Shown one piece after another: positions 11,964 to 22,070 of a stretch of 64,000 nucleotides of DNA. Each line of letters begins with the position of its first letter. Position 1 is the stretch's first letter. The stretch lies in assembly GCF_036321535.1 (NCBI RefSeq), contig NC_087437.1, positions 98,954,001 through 99,018,000 of the forward strand, read 5' to 3'. Position numbers and translations under genes: made by a program. The notes beneath the pieces are model-generated. The model was not told the origin of the DNA and did no database searches. It saw nothing but the letters and a program-made list of their open reading frames with translations. The DNA is from Camelus dromedarius. Lineage: Eukaryota.

Positions 11964-12544
11964 AAGCCTATGGAATGTTACAGGTAAGTCTGATAGCTTT
12001 GTATCATTACATTAAGTTTTTACTTGTCTATATTTTCATACACTTCTCGAGAGCAGGACTCCTCTTTGGTTCTCTATGTGTCTTCTTTCTATGAGCACTT
12101 AAACATTCCTTGAATGCTCTTTGAATAAATAAATTATTGAATGAATTCTTTTTCTTGTACCCTGGTTCTTTTTAAGTTCAGTCCTTCTGCTAAGAAATTG
12201 CTCTTCCCATCTCCTAGTTTTATTCCTTCCTCTGACTGTTCCCAACTAGAGAATAAGTCATATCCATTAACCAGCCATGCTCTGGTTATAATTAGCAAGC
12301 ATTAGCATTACAAAGTGTAGTGAAAGTTTACCCCCTTGGGTTTGGGACTCCATGTGAGGTACTTAAATTAAAGTATCTTTTTTCATATTCAAGCATAAAG
12401 ACATTTTTCCTTTGGGATGTCATCACCTGTCACTGAACAATTGTTAGGATGTTCTTAAAATGCATTTCCTATAGAAATTGTCCAATTAGAAGTACTACAA
12501 AATTCAATTACATTATACAATCTGTTACTTAGGAAAAACTGGAT

Positions 12545-13040
12545 CAGTCAGGGTTCTCTGTTACAAGTGACAGAAATCAATTCTGCCTTTAGGAAAAAAA
12601 GGATGTTGGAAACCTACCTGGCAGCAGACAGGATAAAAAGAAGGATAGAGAATTTGGATTGGAAGATGGGTAGGAACCAGGGGAGACAGAAGGTTAGAAC
12701 TCCAGCTAAAGAGATGACCTTCAAACTGTCAGTGCAGTGTGTTGCTACATTCTTGGCTTGACACTGAACACCACTGAAGAAACCTTCATCATCATCAACC
12801 TACCCCACCACTCCCACCACCAGAAATTTTTTCAACTGTTTTTTTATTCCTCATTTACTAAAGATTCAGTGGGCCTGGGGATCATCTTTCTATGGATCTG
12901 AGGGAGCAAGTATCTGGCATTCTAGTTTCTGTAGCAGTAAGTGGAGCCCTACTTCTCATCAAGACACAATGGCCAATTGTCCAAACATGATGTCCAGATA
13001 GTGCGCTGCTTTGACCAAAAAACACAACCCCAATATATCC
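12545..13040 (-). mobile_element. Old MaLR LTR remnant (MLT1J/K/L-like)
   Basis: tcagtcagggttctctgttacaagtgacagaaat start is typical of old MLT1 elements. Confidence 0.55.
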
Positions 13041-13156
13041 AGTACACAGTGTTGGTGTTTTCTACAAACAGTCTTAGTTGTATGGAATTATTGAAAGAAA
13101 ATGTGGCACAGATATGAGTTTCAAGAAAGACTTGAAAGAAGAGCAGAGAAATCTAG

Positions 13157-13284
13157 GAGGGGAGGGTTAGCTCAAGTGGTAGAGCACATGCTTAGTCTGC
13201 ATAAGGTCCTAGGTTCAATCCCCATTACCTCTTCTAAAAATAAATAAGCCTAATTATCTCCCCTAGCCAAAAAAAAAGTTAAAC
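13157..13284 (+). mobile_element. tRNA-derived SINE (camelid vic-1-like)
   Basis: A box tagctcaagtgg, B box ggttcaatccc (13212-13222) and an A-rich tail. 14-bp TSD gcaga(g/a)aaatctag at 13143-13156 and 13285-13298. Confidence 0.88.
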
Positions 13285-15084
13285 GCAGAAAAATCTAGAA
13301 CATTAAGATAAGAATATTTAATGGTCAAGTGTACTGCCTCTTTTGGCAATAGTTACATAAATAAGGAGTTTATCCCAAATGGTTCTGGAGAATTTTGTCT
13401 TCCCAGAAGTTGCCATTTATATGCACAGGTGTAGATAATTCCATTTGCGTGGAATGAGGATTCTGCGATTCTAAAAAAATGTAGTTGCCATTATTAAGGG
13501 TGCTTTTTTTTTTCACCCAGTATCTCCTATCACCAGCCTAACTGTTGCAGAGATTCTGGTTATAGGACTTCCAGCCCATCTCCTCCAGGTAATTTGTTCA
13601 AAACAAACGTAATAAGTTCATGATGATTTACTTCAAGTTTCTATGAACCAAAATGAAAGTTCAAGTTTTTAGTACCCTTATTCAGTAGGCTGGAACCTGA
13701 GGCTTGTGCTATCAATAACTTCTACTTCATTATTTTCTCCATCAAGGCCTATAACAAATGTCACCTTCTCTATAAGTGTTCCCTATTCCTGGTTTCCTCA
13801 TTACCTTGTATACTATGACATTGTTTCTATAGCTGACTCCCCGTCAGGCTGTAGGCTTTTTGAGGGTAGTGATCACTTGTTTCCCTTCTGTCTTTGTCCA
13901 TGGTACTGAAATTCAAAAGGGTCAGTAGGGTGGGATCAAGTGGACTGGTCATGAACAAGATATGTAGCAAATTCCCATTTACTTAGCAAAATTATCATAC
14001 ATTTTTTTGGAATTCCAATGAAATTCGTGTGTGTGTGTGTTTCTGCTTTTTGGAAGTTAATCCTAACATGCCATGTGAAGAAGATATAGCATTACATCAC
14101 TTACTCTTTGAAGATGGGAAAAAATTAATTTGAGAATTGAGTATAAGCCCTTAATATAAAATACATATCATTTTTATATATTATTACTATTCTGACAAAG
14201 ATCTGCAAAAGTGAGTGCTAAATGAATACCTAAATGTGCCTTTTTAAATTCATGTTGAATAATGTTGGAAAATGAGACAGTGTTACAAAATACTTTACCT
14301 TCTTTAAATCAGCATATGCCAGAGTTAAGACACCAGGCTAGGAGTCAGAATACCTGGTTTCTTTATTTTTTTATTGATTATTTGTTAAAGAACTATGCTA
14401 GGTATGAGTTTTAACACAATCACACACTTGCTGTGTATTGTTGGCAAGTCACACAAACACTTTGAGACTAGGTTTCCAAATTGCAGAATGGATATAGGGT
14501 ATGTCCTGTCTTATAGCATAGTTAGTGAGACACATATATTCAAGTGAATTATAAATGGTAAAGCATTTAAATATAAAGTTATTATATTTATTATGTTAGT
14601 TATAACATAATATAGTTATATATTATATTAGTCAGTGCAATCAAATTATGTTTATTAAATAGTACTATAGTTATCTCTCAGAGCCAACTCCTAACTTCCA
14701 TAATTTCATACTATCAAAATATTATAATAACTTTTAACAGTATCTTACATTTGAATTGTCCTTTACCATTCTCAGAGTAATTTCAAGTAAGTACTCTGGT
14801 CCTTTCAACAACAGAGAAGGTAGAACCACCTTATTTTTTCCTTATTTTTTCATTCACACATTTCTAGGGGTTTACTTTTCTACATGGCAATTTCTAAACT
14901 TTGAGCTAAACTGGCTTTTGAAAATACTTGGATAAGTAAGAATTTTCATTCAATTTATTTCTACCTCAGTTTTTCAAAGGATCACCATAGTGATACATGA
15001 TATCTGAGAAACATAAAGAGCTGTCAGATCAGTGTTATTATTTCTGGTTCTTTCAAAACACCTGATGACAATGGAAGTCTATGG

Positions 15085-15570
15085 CTTTGGGTCTCAACTT
15101 TTTTTTCCCTAGAACTGTTTTACACACTGAAAAATTATTGAGAACCCCAATGAGATTTTATGTCTATAAGACTATGTCTTTCACTTTTTTTGTATTAGAA
15201 GTTAAAACTGAGAAATTTCAAAAATACATATTATTTCATTTAAAAAGGAGAAATTCATTGCATTTTAATGTAAATATTACTTTTATGAAAAGTGACCATC
15301 TTTTCCAAAACAAAAGAGATTAGCAAGAAGAATGACATTGTGTTACATTTATGCAAATCTCCAACGTCTGGTTTAACAGAAAACAAAAGAAATGTCTAAT
15401 TTGTTTCCACATTCTATCTGTTATATATTGTTTAGCCTGAAGCATATGAGGAAAATCTAGTCTCACACAGATGTATAGTTGGAAAAGGGAGCATCTCACT
15501 GACCTCTTGAAAGGGTTTTGAAGACCTCCAGGAATCCACTAACCACACTTGAAAAATATTTGGTCTACAG
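15085..15570. mobile_element. hAT-Charlie DNA transposon remnant (Charlie1-like)
   Basis: ttacacactgaaaaattattgagaacccca...tattagaagttaaaactgagaaattt...accacacttgaaaa resembles Charlie1a. Confidence 0.6.
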
Positions 15571-15579
15571 TGTACAGTT

Positions 15580-15820
15580 TAAATGCAGAAGCTTTGAAGT
15601 CCGACAGACCTCCTCCCCAAGTTAAAACTGGTTTAAATATGTTTTGTTTTAGTTTGTGTCCTTGGGCAATTCAATTACAGTAAGTTACAGCTTCTTCTTA
15701 TGTGAAGGGGTTTTGATAATTCCACTCTTACGAAGTTGTTACAAAGATTAAATCGCTTGAAGTGTAAAGTGCTTAGCACAGGTCCTGGAACACAGTAAGT
15801 GGACAAAAAATAGTAGTTGG
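15580..15820 (+). mobile_element. MIR SINE
   Basis: gctttgaagtccgacagacct...gtgtaaagtgcttagcacaggtcctggaacacagtaagt. Confidence 0.7.
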
Positions 15821-17890
15821 CTCCAGTGTATCCCATACCCCCACCAAAATAGAAGGCCTAGAATAGCCAGCCCAACTCACCTGACAGCAAGGCCAGCCTT
15901 AGAGGGAAGGTTCTGAAATTGAAACCAGTAGGATCTAATTTTATAATATGCTATCCTGTTCTCACTTATACAAGATTTATTCTCAGTCAGTAGCCCTTCA
16001 CAATTATGGATACTTATAATATGATAGCTCAAACTAAAGCTGTGGGAGATTTGAAGAGAATCATTAAACTAACCTTCACATAAAAAATTCCGTGTGTTGT
16101 TCTCGATGGAAAACAGACCAAACTAACAGGCTAAGACAAAAATAGATTATTGTGTACATATCTCATTTTATAAGATGATATTAGATATGCTAACTATACA
16201 AAAAACATTTTATGAAAGCCTAGAAAGTAGGAAAGGGAATTTTTTAAATTTGTTTTTATTTTTGTTTATAAATTCATTTTAATTATACTTATTGAGCATT
16301 CTTTCAGCATAAACGTCTCTGTGTAGAACTCAAAACCGAGTAGCATTTCCGCCTAATATTTAAGGGTTTTTTTGTTTCTATTTGCTAATAGCATCGTTTG
16401 TCCAAAAATAAATTTCTGATTTCCCATATCTCTAATCTGTGTTTTTTAAAGACGTTTACATCTGAATTTTGTGTCTCTTCTGCAATCTAAGAGAGAACAC
16501 AAATAATCATCAAGAGTCTGTAATAAGTGGTGAAGTAGCCACCCAGATATAACTAACAAGTTTTTTTTGCACACGATTTGATATATGAAACTTTTACAGA
16601 GATGGCAGCAGAACAGTTCCTTCTTAGACTGTCAGATTTTGTAAACTGATCTCACTTAACTCTGCTTCTTGTTCTGTTTACCTGGACTCAGAATAGTCAA
16701 TCCCAGCTGACTAATTCTTCTTAGTGCTCATCTAATGATTTTACCTCCTCAATTTATAGATACAAAGAAGCCCTAATAATAATAATAGCAAGAACTTGCT
16801 CACATTTATTACATACTTACATGTGTCTTATAGTGTTCTAAATATTTTTACATGTACTTAATCATTTAATTATCAAAGTAACTATATATTATTATTCTCA
16901 TTTTATAGATGACGGAGACCAAGAGAACATATGTCAGGAAAGGTCATGTCAGTAAAGCACAATACTCTTTAAATATTTAAATCAAGCAATAACTCAAAGA
17001 ATTGGTTATACAGGTAATGAAGAAGTACACCAAACAGGGGCAGTGAGTTAAATCGGAGTTTAGCAACAGCAAGAAATCTTTATGACTCTTAATTTGGAGA
17101 GATGATGGAAGGAGGTAGGATTTCCAGAGTTCAGGGAACTTCCTCTCTAGGAGGACCTTGAACCAGGGTAAGACAGTCTGGTGAAATGGGAACAATAGAA
17201 GAGATGGAGCCCAAGGAGATGCCACCTAAGGGAAGAGGGAGAAGGAGAAAGCAGAGTAGCCTGACTTTTCCCTTTCTCTCACACTCTGATCCCCAACTTA
17301 TGCCTTTCATTGGCCAAATTCATTCTGAAGCTAGTGACCTTATAGCATTGGACATGCAGAGATAGATATTTTTGTGATTCAGAGCAAAGCAATAGAAGAC
17401 CAAGAAATGTTCCTGATAACAAATAGGCAAGGGTTATGCAGAATGCTTAAGTCACTTGGCCAAGATCTTTGTGCCAGCAGTTCCTGGGTTGTTTGGGATT
17501 TGGACACATATGGGAGATAGAGGTCTTGGGAAGTGACATTAGTCACTTTCTGATATGTTCTTCTCTGTCCATATATTTCATAGTATAATTTTAGGGAAAT
17601 GTGTGCCTACCACAATAGCAAGAGAAGAAAGGTAAGAAATGAGAAAGGATCTGGGCACTCTAAACCATTTTTGGTGTCAGAATATGCCTTTGGGCATTTT
17701 CAAGGTAGGAAGAGCAAGTGCTGAATGCAAGAAATCTCAGCTTTTGTGCTGGCTCTCAGCTGGTGAAGTGTAGCTTTCTCTCCATGTAGACCTTGGGAAG
17801 AAATAGTTCACATTAGACAAGATTCTCTTTTCAATTTTTCAAAACTATTTCAATTGGAAGTGTCAATATTGGCAGAAAATGTAAAGATAC

Positions 17891-18145
17891 TGTTACCAAA
17901 TCCAAGCTCCTACTGCTCACAGCACAACAAACCACTAAGTCAAGAGAGGAGCTGTTGGGGCAAGGAATAGCAACTTTATTCAGAAAGCCAACAGACTGAG
18001 AAGATGGTGGACTAGTGTCCCAAAGAATCATTTTCCTGGAGTTAGAATTCAGGCTTCTTATACTAAGAGGGGAGGGGGTGGTTCGGGTTCGAGCCAGGTT
18101 CTGGAGGGGATGTGTTCATTTCTTCCTTCCTGCAGCCATTTATGG
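17891..18145 (-). mobile_element. ERV LTR fragment
   Basis: Begins tgttaccaaatccaagctc. Antisense AATAAA (actttatt) and a TATA-like element. Confidence 0.6.
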
Positions 18146-18149
18146 GTGG

Positions 18150-18545
18150 TGGTTATGGGCTGAACTGTGTTCCCCTAAAATTCATATGTTGAAGTCCCAA
18201 CCCCTAGTACCTCAGAATATAATTGGATTTGTAGATAAAGCCTTTAAGAAGGTGATCCAGTTAAATTAGGCTGTTGGAGTGAGGCCCTAATCCAATATGA
18301 CTGGTCTTTATAATAAGAGGAAGAGACATGGGGGACTGTGTGTACAGAGGGTCAACCATACATGCAGAAGCAGTAAGAGGATAGCAGAATCTGCAAGCCC
18401 AGAGAGAGGCAGCAGGAGAAACCAACCCTGCTGGTAACTTGATCTTTAACTTCCAGTGTTTAGAACCATGAGAAAATATATTTCTGTTGTTTAAGCCACT
18501 CAGTCAGTGAGATTTTGTTATAGCTGCTCTAGAAAACTAATACAC
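18150..18545 (+). mobile_element. MaLR solo LTR (MLT1A/B-like)
   Basis: gttatgggctgaactgtgttcccctaaaattcatatgttgaagtcc...gttgtttaagccactcagtc...aactaataca. Confidence 0.88.
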
Positions 18546-19621
18546 TGACAAAGAAGTACAATCTGAAGGCTCTCAGTGTGTGAGGCACCACCAACCACTG
18601 GAGATACTACTAATAACATTCTTTGTCACATAAAACAATATAGCTGCCAGGACCACAAGGCTGTCCCATTGGAATGAGAAGTTAGAGTTGGAGGTGCACT
18701 GCAAAAGCGTAAATAAGTTTGTTTTCTCTCCTTCATGGCTGCCTGTTTAATTCAATAAGCATCTTATTGTCATGTCTAGGCAGAAAATTCTCATACGTTC
18801 TAATCTCTGAACACTCCACAACTGAATGGTGCCACTGTGACATCACAGAAAACTCCTCTTTGAACAGCTGCTTATGGTTCCCTTATTGACGGAAATAAAA
18901 TTACCCCAGAATGTCAATATACCTAAAGAAGAAAAAATTATTCTGATCCTCTTTGAAGTAGAGTTAAAAGACATTATTTTGCCAAGAAAAGTGTTCAAAT
19001 CTACATTGCAAATTGAACGTTTCTCTCTTGTTTACGTCTTACAAAGGTGCTTTGGCAACATATGAGATTTCAGGTGTCCAGAAGTAGATTTTTCCAATTC
19101 TTTCTAAACAAAGAGAAATAAAAAGTCTGGATATAATAATATCAATTTCCTTGGTTCATATACAAGATACAATACTGAATATTTTTAGAAATATCATTTT
19201 AATCCAAAATAGAAAAATAGACTTTATGTTAAAAATTAAATGTTTAATTTTATATGAAATCTATCACTTTACGTGTTTACCTAAGTGCAGAGAATCCAGA
19301 GCAATGCAATAATTTAGGAATTATTAAATAATATCCTAAGGATATATATCATTACAATAACCATTCATATTAAGACTGACTCATGAACAGCAAAACTGAC
19401 ATTGGTGTGCATTTTAAAAACAAATTAGGATATCTGGCAATGAATTCTATGTGTGAATTTATCTCAAATTCTCAAATTTTCATCCTGTATTCATTCCAAT
19501 TATATGCTCTCTAAAAAAAAAATACCTAAGGGAAATTTGAAATTAACTTCTCAAAGTTCTACAAAAGCACAATTAAGATTAAAAAAATTTAAATAGGAAA
19601 TCATCAGAAGTAATCTGGGAA

Positions 19622-19950
19622 GGACACTATGAAGTCATCTACAAAACAGAAACAAACTCATAGACATAGTAAACAATCTTATGGTTACCTGGGAAAGAGG
19701 GTGGGAAGGAAAAAATTTGGGAGTTTGAGATCTGCAAATGTTAGCCACTATATATAAAAATAGATTAAAAAAACAAGTTTCTTCTGTGTAGCACAGGGAA
19801 CTATATTCAATATCTTGTAATAACCTTTAATGAAAAAGAATATGAAAATGAATATATGTATGTATATGCATGACTGGGACAGTGTGCTGCACACCAGAGA
19901 CTGATACATTGTAACTGACTGTACTTCAATTTAAAAAAATTTTTTAAAAA
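19622..19950 (+). mobile_element. 5'-truncated L1 3' end with perfect TSD
   Basis: L1 3' UTR plus A tail, flanked by the identical 16-mer agaagtaatctgggaa at 19606-19621 and 19951-19966. Confidence 0.93.
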
Positions 19951-21752
19951 AGAAGTAATCTGGGAATGAATGATTGAAGTGGGCAAATACAAACTACCCT
20001 ATAAGTAGCTTTATTTGATAATTATACAGTAAGCACCAGTAAGATAATTTTTTTTGTGTAACTAAAAAACTTAACTCAGAGTATCATTTATTGCCAAATT
20101 CTAGAAACTAAACTTTAGTATCTGGCAATATCTTTTTTTAACCACAGTACTAGATTTTTATGTCAAATTTAACTTTCTTAAATTCAAATGTCATGAACTG
20201 GATAGATAAGTTTTTAATCTGTTATACAGAAAAAATGAAGTTGATATGTTGGAAAGAATTTTCATCTATAAATGAGGAAAAATGAGCTTTAGTATGCTTT
20301 TGTAGACAAGTCTCCCTCTTGGGTCACAGTGTTCTCATAAAAAATTTGTGCATTCTATCAGAACCATTGTATTACTCCTAAAATTCTGGGTGTCTAGTCA
20401 TTTCACAACATTTCGAATTCTTCCTGCAAAGACATAAGATAGCAATAAAGTAAAATTTGTAATCTGTTAAAATCAAATGAGCAAATAAATATGAAGAATC
20501 AAGGGAAAGATCTCAAAAGGTGGTTGAAGTCATTTACGGTACAGAGCAATTTGTAAAGTACACAGATTACAAAGAGTAAAACCAGGTAATATTTCAACGA
20601 GCATTTACCAAATTTACTTTTCTTGCCAGGAGATTCAAAGTCATACCCGGATTTGCATATGTGTGTATTGTATTTGTGAAAATATGCGCTGATAATCCCG
20701 CCCCTCCCACCGCCGCAATCACATACCGTCCGCAAACTACTCCCAGATTAGCTCCTGAAACGCAAAATACTTCTGAGGCTAGAGATTGCTCTCTCAATGT
20801 CAAGTTTTTCTTACAATTCTATACAGTCAAGTATTCCATGCAGGGTGGTTAATAATTGTTTGGGAACTAGGATATTATATGATGTACTATCTAGGCAGTG
20901 ATACTTTTGTAATGTTGTCTGCTGTGTACACCATATTTCATATTTCTCCAAACTGTCGGAAAATAAACTTCATTTCTCTAAAGCCTAGCAGTGACTGGCA
21001 CATATTTGAATGAAAGAAGTAGAGAGAGAATTGTCAATAGTCATTTACATAATGTCTAGTTAAGGAGAAAAGTATATTCTAGAATAAGGACTTCTAACAG
21101 GCTTTTGCTTAAATCACACCGGACTTTTCCCTTCGGGCAAGTTTACTGCTTGTGAAATTCCTAGAAAGGCGACGGGAGAGGACGGGAGACAGAGAAAGAA
21201 GTCGGGATTCGGGACCCAACGAGGTTTTCGGACGTTACGTGGCCAGGAGGAAAATGTTTTGTCTTGGAAGAGTTCGGAATGCCGGCGATCCGACAAGTCC
21301 CGGGGACAGAGACGAACGCTGCCCTCTGGCCTCGGCTTGGAACAACGCCGAGCAAGAGCAGGCGTCGCGCAACCTGCCGCAGGGGCGGCTCCGAGGCCAG
21401 GCCCGCGTGGCCCTCCCTCGCCCCACCCGCGAGCGCCGGGCGGGGGGCGGGGCTCCAGGAGGCCCCGCCCCGTCCCGCGGCCCCGCGGGTCACAATGTAG
21501 GGTTAGGGCGGCCGGCGGGCGGGGCTCGGCGGGGGAGGAGCCGCCGGGCGGGGGCGGTGACGGCGGTTGGGGGAAGGGAGGGGAGGAGGAGTCGCGGAGG
21601 GAGGAGGACAGCGCCATTCCGGCCGGCCGCTCCCTCTGTCCCCTTTCCCTTCCCCGCAGTGGCCCGCGAGCCGCCAGCGAAGGAGCGCGCGCGCTCGTGA
21701 CGCGTCCGGGCTTGCTCGCGCCCTCCCGCGCCCCAGCGTCCGCCTCCCGCTC

Positions 21753-21785
21753 ATGGCCCCGGCCGCCGCCGACGAGCCGCGCTGA
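21753..21785 (+). other. Upstream ORF MAPAAADEPR* in the probable USP25 5' UTR
   Basis: ATG at 21753 (ctcATGg) and TGA at 21783-21785. It is the only ATG between about 21500 and the main start. Function depends on the TSS lying upstream of it. Confidence 0.6.
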
Positions 21786-22025
21786 GGCGGGCCGCGCGGA
21801 GTCGTGGGGCCGCCGCCGTGGCCCTCGCTGTCCGCGCCTCGCCGCCAGCCCGCGGTGCCCGCGCACGCCGGCCGCCATCGCCTTCGCGCCTGGCTGGCGG
21901 GGGCGCTGTCCTCCCCGGCCGTCCGCGCCGCTCCCTGGAGCTCGGCGGAGCGCGGCAGCCAGGGCCGGCGGGGGCGCGAGAAGCCGGACGCCGCCGCCTG
22001 TGTCGCCGCCGGCGCCGCGGGGGCC

Positions 22026-22070
22026 ATGACCGTGGAGCAGAATGTGCTGCAGCAGAGCGCGGCGCAGAAG
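22026..22070 (+). CDS. USP25: USP25 coding exon 1 (MTVEQNVLQQSAAQK)
   Basis: ATG in good Kozak context (ggggccATGa) inside the CpG island. 45 nt ending AAG|gtgagg. The peptide matches the remembered USP25 N-terminus. Confidence 0.97.

Noticed and set aside
13157..13235. tRNA-like sequence with A and B boxes
   Set aside because: The A-rich tail, TSD and second dispersed copy show it is a SINE, not a tRNA gene.
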